Shown: positions 18,526 to 26,881 of the stretch, piece by piece | Numbering within the stretch: the stretch's first letter is position 1 | How the letters are laid out: each line of letters starts with the position of its first letter | From: an uncultured Nitrososphaerota archaeon | GTDB taxonomy: Archaea; Asgardarchaeota; Njordarchaeia; Njordarchaeales; Panguiarchaeaceae | NCBI GenBank assembly: GCA_964628995.1 | Contig: CAZVPA010000001.1 | Span: 26,606-64,782 of the forward strand | Direction of reading: 5' to 3' | Length of the DNA: 38,177 bases | Notes under the pieces: model-generated | The model's database searches: none | Told to the model about the DNA's origin: nothing | What the model saw: the letters and a program-made list of their open reading frames with translations, nothing else | Position numbers and translations under genes: made by a program

Positions 18526-19458
18526 ATGATGTGTGACATCAAATATATCGGGAAGGTAGCCCGCAACATCGCAAGTAAGTACTTTAAGGAGGCACTCTTA
18601 GGTGTCTCTGTCTGGGGGGAGATAGTAAACAGGGACATATTTGACCCGAGACTTGACACAATAAACATAATGATAATACTACATCAAATACCATATGACG
18701 AACTTCTCCTACAATCCAGCATAGAATTTGACTACCAAACGGTCCTCAAACACAGCGTTAATGTGACAATATCTACACTACCACGCCTAAAAGATATGTA
18801 CCTTAGAGGCTATGCACCATATGTCCTCGCTGTTCACAACGCATTCTACGCATTCAACCCGGAGATATTCGAGAAACTGAAGGAGAAAAAGTATTCGTGT
18901 AGTAAAGACGCAATAGATTTCTCGCTTGAGAGAGCATTCATCTCATTCGGGATGGGGCTCAACAGTATAATAAAGGGGGACCTAGTGTTCATAGCAGAAC
19001 ATTTCTATAGTGCGGTAATTAACGCCGCGACGGCGGTGATACAGCAAAAGAAAAACTATGTACCGAAGAACCGGAATGAAATACTGGAAAAACTTAGAGA
19101 AGAAGAACTAGGGTTAGTCGAGTATCTATTTCGGGACTCCATGAATAAGATATACGGATTCCTCGAAAGAAAAACCCCACCAACAATGTCAAAGGAAACA
19201 CTACCACTCGAAAGGATAATAATCTTCTCCAGAGACAACGAATATAGAGGAATACTACCCACAGTATATGAACTCCTCCGCCAATCATGGCTACTCATAA
19301 AGAAAACAAGAATCGCCGCACTGGACAAGCTAGTAAGAATAATACAGGAAAACCTAGAGGACGAATACATCGCTGAGATAGAGATCTCGGGAATAGACCC
19401 ATGCCCAGTAATCAGAATAAAGAAGGTAGGAGCAATCATCAACGAAGAGCTAATATAG
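18526..19458 (+). CDS. hypothetical protein; degenerate minimal-nucleotidyltransferase-like N-terminus and helical C-terminus
   Basis: Starts 14 nt after the beta-CASP gene. GVSVWGEIVNRDIFDPRLDTINIMII resembles the G[SG]x9-13DxD NTase motif but lacks the second acidic residue. The C-terminal part looks all-helical. Confidence 0.4.
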   Translation: MMCDIKYIGKVARNIASKYFKEALLGVSVWGEIVNRDIFDPRLDTINIMIILHQIPYDELLLQSSIEFDYQTVLKHSVNVTISTLPRLKDMYLRGYAPYVLAVHNAFYAFNPEIFEKLKEKKYSCSKDAIDFSLERAFISFGMGLNSIIKGDLVFIAEHFYSAVINAATAVIQQKKNYVPKNRNEILEKLREEELGLVEYLFRDSMNKIYGFLERKTPPTMSKETLPLERIIIFSRDNEYRGILPTVYELLRQSWLLIKKTRIAALDKLVRIIQENLEDEYIAEIEISGIDPCPVIRIKKVGAIINEELI

Positions 19459-19520
19459 ATATGTCAGACTAGCTCCTTCTCTTCATCAATCCGAGAGGGT
19501 AAGGATCATCATCCACATAT
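19459..19520 (-). ncRNA. candidate C/D box sRNA
   Basis: Minus strand reads atatgtgg-ATGATGA (C, 19512->19506) - 12 nt (tccttaccctct) - CGGA (D') - ttg - ATGAAGA (C') - 12 nt (gaaggagctagt) - CTGA (D, 19467->19464) - catat. The flanks atatg/catat are complementary. Confidence 0.55.
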
Positions 19521-19536
19521 AAAGAAAAAAATAAGA

Positions 19537-19546
19537 CTAAATAAAA
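19537..19546 (-). promoter_or_regulatory. TATA-like element upstream of the candidate sRNA
   Basis: Minus strand reads ccttttatttag, about 22-26 nt upstream of the predicted sRNA 5' end. Confidence 0.3.
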
Positions 19547-19588
19547 GGCTAAAGTAGGATAATACTCTGGATTTAGTGGTGAACAGGG

Positions 19589-20047
19589 ATGGGCAGAAAG
19601 AAGAAAAAGAGCCGGTTTGAAAGCTTCTTTGGTGATTTCGATGATATTTTTGGCTTCGACATACCAATGGGGGAGGGCTTTAGTGGTTATTCCATAGAGA
19701 TAAGATCAACACCAGAAGGAACAGAAGTCCACGCAAAAGTATATGGAGACACGGATGTCAAGGCTCTCAAGGAGAGATTAGAGAGAATGTATCCTGGGGC
19801 AAAAATAGTCATCGAGGGAGAAGAAACGGGACCTATGATAAGGCGTGTGGATGAAGCCGAAGAAACCACAGCAAAGGAAGAAAAAGTGGAGGAGAGGGGA
19901 GTCAGCATAACATTCCGAGGCGGAAAACCAATAATAATGAGGCAAGAGGCCGAGGAAAGGGAGTTAAAGAAAGAAGAAGCAAAACCCACCGAAGGTATAG
20001 AGATAATATTCAGGAAGGGCAAGCCAATAATAAAGAGAATCGAATAG
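19589..20047 (+). CDS. hypothetical highly charged small protein with duplicated C-terminal motif
   Basis: The ORF has Lys/Glu-rich composition. The motif is repeated as GVSITFRGGKPIIMRQE and GIEIIFRKGKPIIKRIE. Confidence 0.5.
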   Translation: MGRKKKKSRFESFFGDFDDIFGFDIPMGEGFSGYSIEIRSTPEGTEVHAKVYGDTDVKALKERLERMYPGAKIVIEGEETGPMIRRVDEAEETTAKEEKVEERGVSITFRGGKPIIMRQEAEERELKKEEAKPTEGIEIIFRKGKPIIKRIE

Positions 20048-20061
20048 GTCCGTTCATATTT

Positions 20062-20562
20062 GTGTTTTTTATGGTTAGCATAGAAACACTATTATATATT
20101 GTTAGCAACAATAGGGTTCTACTAATAAGGAAGAAGAGGGGCTTGGGTAGTGGCCTGTATAATGGTGTCGGGGGGAAAGTAGAGGAGGGAGAAACGCCAC
20201 TCAGTGCCGCAATAAGGGAGTGTATTGAGGAAGTAGGGGTGGTTCCGAGAAATATTGAATGGTATGGGGTACTCGAATTCTACAATGATGGGAAGCTGTA
20301 TGGGTATGTCCATATTTTTGTCGCGAAAAGTTATGAGGGCGTGCCAAGGGAGAGTGACGAGGCTATACCTCTATGGTTCGGGCTGGATGAGATCCCCTAT
20401 GAAGAGATGTGGGAGGACGATAAGTTTTGGCTACCACTAGTTCTTGTGGAAGGGAAGAAGATATATGCCAGATTCGACTTTGAGGATGACTGGGGGCGTC
20501 TCGTAAGAAAGGAAATATATCTTCTTCATCGGCATGATGTCTCTTCCTATAATAGGGTTTAA
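20062..20562 (+). CDS. NUDIX hydrolase (MutT-like)
   Basis: NUDIX box GGKVEEGETPLSAAIRECIEEVG. The start could be ATG 20071. Confidence 0.85.
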   Translation: MFFMVSIETLLYIVSNNRVLLIRKKRGLGSGLYNGVGGKVEEGETPLSAAIRECIEEVGVVPRNIEWYGVLEFYNDGKLYGYVHIFVAKSYEGVPRESDEAIPLWFGLDEIPYEEMWEDDKFWLPLVLVEGKKIYARFDFEDDWGRLVRKEIYLLHRHDVSSYNRV

Positions 20563-20573
20563 TGGTGTCCTAG

Positions 20574-23042
20574 ATGGCTGTAGTAAAGCTGGATGGTATA
20601 TGGAGAGCTCTACCGGATGTTGATGATAGTGGGGAGAAAAGGGGGTTCTATAAGGTTGATTATGATGACTCCCAGTGGTATGATATTAGAGTACCTGGGC
20701 ACTGGCAGGAGGAGATAGAGGATCTGAAAAACTATTCAGGTGTGGTATGGTATCGGAAAAAATTTAATTGGAAAGGCAGTAATAGGAGGGTATGGCTACG
20801 TTTTAGGGGTGTATTCTATAAAGCAAAAGTCTGGCTAAATGGTGAGGAACTAGGGGGGCATGAGGGATACTTCGCATCCTTCAAGTTTGATATAACAACA
20901 ATAATCCGGGAGGAAAATGTCCTTGCGGTAAAGGTGGAGAGTAGGGATGAGGAGGACATAAACAGGAAGGTACAGGTAGGGGGAATATTCTATCATTGGG
21001 ACTGTCGAGATCCAACATTTAATCCAGGAGGGATATGGGGAGGTGTTGAGATCTATGAGACAGGGGACGTATGGATAGAGAGGATAAAGGTAATACCGAG
21101 AATACATGAGGGATACGCTGAGGTTGAGGTGGCTGTATGGATTAATAGTGCCATTAGTAGCAATGTCAGATTAGTGGCGAATATCTCGCCAAAGAATTTT
21201 ATGGGGAAGGAAATAAGACTGGAGAAGGAGGTATCTGTAAAACAAGGTAATAACTTTTTCATGTTTAGGATCCGTATTGATGACCCCAAGCTCTGGTGGA
21301 CATGGGATCTGGGCAAGCAGAATCTCTACACTCTTAGACTTGAAGTCCTAATAAACAACGAACCTAGTGACTCTAAGGAAGTAATATTCGGCATAAAAGA
21401 AGTAAGGCTTGTCAAGAAGAGGAGTGGCTGGGTATTCTACCTGAACGGTAAAAGAATCTTCATCAGGGGCACAAACTATGGACCGACAAGTCAAAGATTA
21501 GCATATGTCACAAGGGAAGATATGGAAAGAGACGTAAGGATGATGAGAGAGGCAAATATAAATATGGTTCGCATCCACGCGCACATATCACCAGAACTCC
21601 TATCAATCTTTGATGAGTATGGGATACTGGTGTGGCAGGATTTCCCACTCCAATGGCAATACAGCAAAAAAATAAAGAGAGTAGCAATAGAAAACGCCAA
21701 AGAATTCATCCATGTAATTGAAAACCATGCATGCTTAGGCATAATCTGTTGTCATAATGAACCCTTCAAATTCCCAACAAAAAAGGATATTTTGAGCGGT
21801 ACAATAGCGTTTGTTTTGTCGCTACTATTATCACTATTATTTGGTACATTGGGCCTAAGATTAGGATCTGTATGGGTGAGGATTCCACTATGGATTGACA
21901 TAATCCATCTCTTGGAAAAGAATTTTGGGCCAATAAGAATAGGAACACTCATAGGCATAGCATTATTATTTATGCTATACCCAGCCATGGCGTTAGCAGC
22001 AGGAGGATACGAGGCATTAATCAGCACAATAATACTGGGAGCATTACTACCGTGGGATGTGACTCTATTCTTCGTCATATTCCTATTCTGCTTTGGTAAT
22101 TCGGTAGCAACAATAACATGGAACTGGAACAAGAACGTGCTGGACAAGAACCTAGAAAAAACAATGAGAGAGGAGGATATGGGAGTGCACCCAATATTGA
22201 GACACTCGGGAATGTTCGGTTGGTTTATTGATGGCATGGACATACACATATATGATGGCTGGTATTCTGGATGGCTCATACCGCTTAGGAGGTTTAGGGG
22301 ATACAGACATGTGGGACAGTTTAGGGGACTATTTAGGAATGTTCCCAGATTCGTGTCTGAATATGGAGCCCAAGCGTTTCCATCAATAGAAAGCCTCATG
22401 AAGATGTTACCAGAAAACATAATCAACGCTATAAGAGAAAAGGGCTTCGGAAAAGCATATAGAGAAATGGCGAGGTATCTATCAAAATACCACCAATATC
22501 AGCCGAATTTTATGAGGCTGTGGATAGACCCACAAAAATATGGGACACTAGAAGAGTTCATAGAGGCAACACAGGAGTATCAGGCAGAACTGATAAGATT
22601 CTATAATGAGTACTGGAGATCTAGGAGATTTAGTCCAGTCGGCGGAGCAATGCAATTCATGTTTACAGATATAGCCCCCCTCATAACCTGGGCTGTTGTG
22701 GACTACTGGAGAAAACCAAAGAAGGCATATTACGAACTAAAGAAATCATTCCGACCACTCCACATATTTATGGAATGGCCAAAGCCTCGATATAAGCCCG
22801 GGAAGAAATACCGGCTCAAAATATACATCGTTAATGACTACCACAAAAAATTCCAGGGGGAGGCATCACTAAAACTTGATGGAGACATCATATGGACAAA
22901 AAACATAGAAATACCTCCCGACTCACTACAAAAACATATGGTCCCAGTAGTGTTTAGAAAGAAGGGAATCAGTAAGGTAGTCCTAGAGCTAAGGGTAGGG
23001 GAAGAAAGAATAGTGAACGAATACATGATCCGCGCAAAATAA
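20574..23042 (+). CDS. glycoside hydrolase family 2-like enzyme (beta-mannosidase/beta-galactosidase type) with internal multi-TM insertion
   Basis: GH2 N-terminal sugar-binding region (WYRKKF, LRFRGVFYKAKVWLNGEELGGHEGYF), TIM-barrel motifs RGTNYGP, NMVRIHAH, WQDFPLQW, CHNEP (Glu396, nt 21759-21761) and FVSEYGAQ (Glu596, nt 22359-22361). A hydrophobic insert lies between them. Confidence 0.75.
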   Translation: MAVVKLDGIWRALPDVDDSGEKRGFYKVDYDDSQWYDIRVPGHWQEEIEDLKNYSGVVWYRKKFNWKGSNRRVWLRFRGVFYKAKVWLNGEELGGHEGYFASFKFDITTIIREENVLAVKVESRDEEDINRKVQVGGIFYHWDCRDPTFNPGGIWGGVEIYETGDVWIERIKVIPRIHEGYAEVEVAVWINSAISSNVRLVANISPKNFMGKEIRLEKEVSVKQGNNFFMFRIRIDDPKLWWTWDLGKQNLYTLRLEVLINNEPSDSKEVIFGIKEVRLVKKRSGWVFYLNGKRIFIRGTNYGPTSQRLAYVTREDMERDVRMMREANINMVRIHAHISPELLSIFDEYGILVWQDFPLQWQYSKKIKRVAIENAKEFIHVIENHACLGIICCHNEPFKFPTKKDILSGTIAFVLSLLLSLLFGTLGLRLGSVWVRIPLWIDIIHLLEKNFGPIRIGTLIGIALLFMLYPAMALAAGGYEALISTIILGALLPWDVTLFFVIFLFCFGNSVATITWNWNKNVLDKNLEKTMREEDMGVHPILRHSGMFGWFIDGMDIHIYDGWYSGWLIPLRRFRGYRHVGQFRGLFRNVPRFVSEYGAQAFPSIESLMKMLPENIINAIREKGFGKAYREMARYLSKYHQYQPNFMRLWIDPQKYGTLEEFIEATQEYQAELIRFYNEYWRSRRFSPVGGAMQFMFTDIAPLITWAVVDYWRKPKKAYYELKKSFRPLHIFMEWPKPRYKPGKKYRLKIYIVNDYHKKFQGEASLKLDGDIIWTKNIEIPPDSLQKHMVPVVFRKKGISKVVLELRVGEERIVNEYMIRAK

Positions 23043-23112
23043 TAGTTGTACCACTCAATATGTAATGTCCGTATATAAAAGTTCTTTTATCCTTCTACTG
23101 GGGTGATATCTA

Positions 23113-24054
23113 ATGTCACCACTACAAGATATGGTTGTTAATGCCGTTAAGGAGTTGAGGGATAGTGTTGTTACTGTCGTTACTACGAGAATAGCTTATG
23201 ATTTCCTGATGGAGCCAGTACCTGTAAGAGGCGTTGGGTCCGGCTTTATTGTTAATGAGGAGGGCCACGTAATCACGAACTATCACGTGATAGCTGGGGG
23301 AGAAATACTGAAAGTAATAACCCCAGATGGTGAGATGAGGGAAGCAAGGGCTCTTGGTGGGGATCCAAGGTTTGATATCGCGGTTCTAGATATTGCTGGT
23401 AGTGGGTATAAACCAGCAAGAATAGGGGATTCAGACAAGATAAAGGTAGGCCAAATAGTCATCGCTGTTGGTTATCCCCTCGGCTTAATAGGTGAGCCAA
23501 CAGTAACTATAGGTGTTATATCAGCACTCCACAGGACAATAAGAGCACCAAATGTTACATTGGAAAACGTAATACAGACCGACGCAGCAATAAATCCTGG
23601 GAACTCTGGTGGGCCTCTAGCGACAGTAAGTGGGGAGGTTGTGGGGGTAAACACAGCCATAGTGCCCTTTGCTCAGGGGATAGGATTTGCGATACCAATA
23701 AACACAGCGATCAGAATATATAAGGATATAATGGAGTATGGGAGAGTAATATTGCCATGGTTGGGTGTGTATGTTGCCACCGTTAATAAACCAATTGCCC
23801 AATATTATGGTCTCCCAACAAAACAAGGGGCGTTGGTGATGAAGGTAGTACCATACTCGCCAGCATATAAAGCTGGGCTTAGGCCAGGAGACATAATAAT
23901 TCGGATCGACAACGAGGACATAAAGTCTGCGGAGGATCTTTCAGGCGCCATAAGAAGAAGGAGGATAGGTGACACAATAACGATAGAATTCTGGAGGGGA
24001 AGGACAAGCTATAAGGTAAAGACAGAGCTTGAGGCACCACCAACAATATTCTAG
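23113..24054 (+). CDS. HtrA/DegP-family trypsin-like serine protease with C-terminal PDZ domain
   Basis: HVITNYHV (His), DIAVLDI (Asp), GNSGGPL (Ser); PDZ-like LPTKQGALVMKVVPYSPAYKAGLRPGDIIIRIDNEDI. Confidence 0.85.
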   Translation: MSPLQDMVVNAVKELRDSVVTVVTTRIAYDFLMEPVPVRGVGSGFIVNEEGHVITNYHVIAGGEILKVITPDGEMREARALGGDPRFDIAVLDIAGSGYKPARIGDSDKIKVGQIVIAVGYPLGLIGEPTVTIGVISALHRTIRAPNVTLENVIQTDAAINPGNSGGPLATVSGEVVGVNTAIVPFAQGIGFAIPINTAIRIYKDIMEYGRVILPWLGVYVATVNKPIAQYYGLPTKQGALVMKVVPYSPAYKAGLRPGDIIIRIDNEDIKSAEDLSGAIRRRRIGDTITIEFWRGRTSYKVKTELEAPPTIF

Positions 24055-24095
24055 ATGGAACAATAATTTGTTGTCTCCATGGCTGGTGGAGTAAC

Positions 24096-25463
24096 ATGGA
24101 TGAGATCGCATATAGAAGAAGGGTATTCGCAATACTCTATGTGGGTACATTCATGTTTAGGTTAGCATTTGGGTTATCACACTTTCTTGCCATAGCAATA
24201 GTCTCGTACTTATTCTGGAAAAAAATCGGCATACCAGCTATCGTGGCTATAGCATTAGTATCATTCGCAATATCGTTTTCCTTTATTGAGGGTCTATTTG
24301 CTGGTGTTACTGGGTACGCGACAGATATACTTGATGCTAGGATAGTATTATTATTGTCCTCGCTAATAGCATCACTATCAATGATCATATATATCGCCGC
24401 AGGAATATTTTATGCCGAACTGTGGTTCTTCCTCATTGTGCTGATGCTTGGGCATGCCATACATGGGATAGCGTCATCCTTCAAGGTAACACCAACATTA
24501 GCCATAATATCACGCTTCACGGTATATGAAGAAAGAGCAAAAATGATGGGGATATATGATATGGTTCTTATGTATGGCCGCATATCTGGCTTAGCTCTAG
24601 GGGGGGTGGTCTATGCCATCTTTGTTGGGCATGATGGGAACCCATTGGAGGGACTAAAAGGATTCATCATACTCTTCATACTCTTTGTGGCTGTTGGTCT
24701 AATGTTCTATGTTGGTCTTCCACATATTCCTCCAGAACGGAAGGGAAAGGTAAGTCATCTGTGGTCTAGACTTTTCAGCCATATTGGTGCTGGAGCAAAA
24801 GTCATGTTCGGTGGGTTACGGAGGGATCTCGGGCTGACGTGGTTTATGTTGGCGTGTCTATGGGGGCTGGCATTTACGTTGGGGCCGTTCATATTGCTCA
24901 TAGACTTTGGGATAGATGTGGAATCCTCTGGCTTTATATCCGCCATAATCACTCTATTCATTGGGGGGACATCCCCCTTCTGGGGCCTTGTTGCCGATAA
25001 GATTGGTAGGAAAAAAACCGCCACGATTGGTGTTTTAGGACTACTAATCACGGTAATACTTGCTATTGTCGCCATAAAGATATTTGGTATAAGCTATAAG
25101 GACATAAAGTTCTACATAATACTTGCGCCAGGAATATTCTGCTTGGCATCAATAGGCCCTTCATTCCTAGGTAGGTTGGGCGATACAGCGATTGCTGGTG
25201 AGAGGGGTATTGTCTCTAGCGGTTTTCAGTTCGTCACAAGCATGGGTGAGGTAACCGGGATAGTTGTTGGAGGGATAGGATATGTATTGGCTCACGAATA
25301 TCTTGCAGGTACGTCCTACGCTCCACTTAGCGGTATAATAGGGATAGGGATCCCAGGGCTATTCTTCTTCTTCGCCACAATATTCTTTGGGCTCCGACTG
25401 AAACATGATGAGGTTGTTCTACGTGAGATCCAGGAGCTCATGAAGCGAAAGAGCGTGGAATAA
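24096..25463 (+). CDS. MFS-type transporter
   Basis: About 12 hydrophobic segments. MFS motif-A-like GLVADKIGRKKT and GRLGD. Confidence 0.7.
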   Translation: MDEIAYRRRVFAILYVGTFMFRLAFGLSHFLAIAIVSYLFWKKIGIPAIVAIALVSFAISFSFIEGLFAGVTGYATDILDARIVLLLSSLIASLSMIIYIAAGIFYAELWFFLIVLMLGHAIHGIASSFKVTPTLAIISRFTVYEERAKMMGIYDMVLMYGRISGLALGGVVYAIFVGHDGNPLEGLKGFIILFILFVAVGLMFYVGLPHIPPERKGKVSHLWSRLFSHIGAGAKVMFGGLRRDLGLTWFMLACLWGLAFTLGPFILLIDFGIDVESSGFISAIITLFIGGTSPFWGLVADKIGRKKTATIGVLGLLITVILAIVAIKIFGISYKDIKFYIILAPGIFCLASIGPSFLGRLGDTAIAGERGIVSSGFQFVTSMGEVTGIVVGGIGYVLAHEYLAGTSYAPLSGIIGIGIPGLFFFFATIFFGLRLKHDEVVLREIQELMKRKSVE

Positions 25464-25489
25464 TCCTGAATCTTATGTCCGTGGGATCA

Positions 25490-25508
25490 TTTTTTTCAAA
25501 ACTTTTTT
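25490..25508 (+). terminator. double T-tract, putative terminator after the MFS gene
   Basis: caTTTTTTTcaaaacTTTTTTag, about 25 nt after the stop. Confidence 0.35.
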
Positions 25509-25554
25509 AGTTGGTGGTGGTAATATATAATTATGGTTAGAATGGTTTGATTCC

Positions 25555-26403
25555 TTGAGTGAGGAGCTAGACAAGCTCGAGGAAGTCCTAGAAAAGAAAA
25601 CTAAGGAAGAACTCTATGGGGGGATCCTACCGATACCCCGGTCATCTTCTATCGAAAGAATACTTAATAGGTTAGGATATACTATCACCAAGATAGAGAT
25701 GTTTCTTAGCTCATCTGCGAATGTCCCTAAGGTGAGGGGGGGATTATTTGGTGTGTCACTACTTGTGGCACTTGGAGTATCGACTATAGACCTGCGGGTA
25801 TCGATAATACTCCTAGTATTCTTCATATTACTACATTTCCTGTTTTATCCAGATATGGTGTTCTTGGTGGGGAGGTTTTTGTCGCATGTTATTTATGATC
25901 TACTCAAGAAGGGGACAATAGCATCGATACTTACCCCCAAGGAGATTGTGGATAAGTTGAGAGCCACGGAATATGTCCTGTATGCCTCGATTCCATTGCT
26001 ATTTTTATCATTTCTGAATGGTGGACTGATCATCGCTATATTCAGGATAATAGGCATAGTAGTGCTTGTTGTTTCAGCAATAACCTATTACTATTTGAGT
26101 ACTGCGCTAGAATGTTGGGAGAACCCAACTAGAGAGATAAGAGAAAGGGATGTGCTATCCTGGAGGTTCTTCTTCTTAGTGCTAGTGTTCGTCTCGGCAT
26201 CAATATCCCTATACACAATGTTGCCACCTAAGTTTTCTAGTCTATTTGGGTGGGTGCTTACGGTACTCTCCTATGCTCTTGTCAGCACAATAATTGCTGT
26301 TCCAAGTTTTCAGGCTGCCCTCCACGTGACAACACTGTGGAGGGGTATTGACACCCGGAAACTATTTGAGGAAATAGAGAGAAGTGTTAGGTGGATGATA
26401 TGA
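25555..26403 (+). CDS. hypothetical polytopic membrane protein (about 6 TM)
   Basis: TTG start. Charged N-terminal ~50 aa, then multiple hydrophobic helices. The 3' end overlaps the next ORF by 13 nt. Confidence 0.5.
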   Translation: MSEELDKLEEVLEKKTKEELYGGILPIPRSSSIERILNRLGYTITKIEMFLSSSANVPKVRGGLFGVSLLVALGVSTIDLRVSIILLVFFILLHFLFYPDMVFLVGRFLSHVIYDLLKKGTIASILTPKEIVDKLRATEYVLYASIPLLFLSFLNGGLIIAIFRIIGIVVLVVSAITYYYLSTALECWENPTREIRERDVLSWRFFFLVLVFVSASISLYTMLPPKFSSLFGWVLTVLSYALVSTIIAVPSFQAALHVTTLWRGIDTRKLFEEIERSVRWMI

Positions 26404-26879
26404 AGGAAAAAGCATACTTAGTTGAGTCAGTGAGGAGGGGATGGCTGATGAACATTATCAATATGTATGGCCTACTGTCCATTCTCCCATATTATATATT
26501 GATAGGGAGAGGCATGATTGATGTATTAGTATATTCGCTAATACTTATATCCGCTGGATCCCTCATCCTTCTGAAGGCGTCCATCAGGCTGACCTCCAAG
26601 TTTAAGGCGAAGATGCTCAGGGATATCCAGGGGAAAAACATAATGAGATTGGCCTACGGAGGCTTCTATGGGTTTATAATCCCGCAGGTATCTCTGATAT
26701 TCATACCAATAATGATAACGGTGACGATGGCTGTCAGTATGATGGATGTCGTGATATATCTCAAGGTGGCAATAATCTCAGTGGTTCTCTTTGTGTTGAT
26801 AGTCCTATTTACATATAGGAATGTGAGGATTGTCAGTGCCAATATTCATAGGATGATTGAGTACCTGAAATCGGCCTGA
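26391..26879 (+). CDS. hypothetical membrane protein (about 4 TM)
   Basis: The ORF overlaps the upstream gene and ends 2 nt before the next start. It has four hydrophobic segments. Confidence 0.5.
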   Translation: MDDMKEKAYLVESVRRGWLMNIINMYGLLSILPYYILIGRGMIDVLVYSLILISAGSLILLKASIRLTSKFKAKMLRDIQGKNIMRLAYGGFYGFIIPQVSLIFIPIMITVTMAVSMMDVVIYLKVAIISVVLFVLIVLFTYRNVRIVSANIHRMIEYLKSA

Positions 26880-26881
26880 GG

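Noticed and set aside
21752-22426. 224-aa minus-strand ORF
   Set aside because: It is antisense to the GH2 gene across its hydrophobic insert. It looks like a shadow ORF with no recognisable motif.
25401-25470. ATGATGA ... CTGA C/D-box-like elements at the 3' end of the MFS gene
   Set aside because: The box spacings do not fit the 12-nt guide rule, and there are no credible D'/C' boxes or terminal stem. The match is probably coincidental inside coding sequence.
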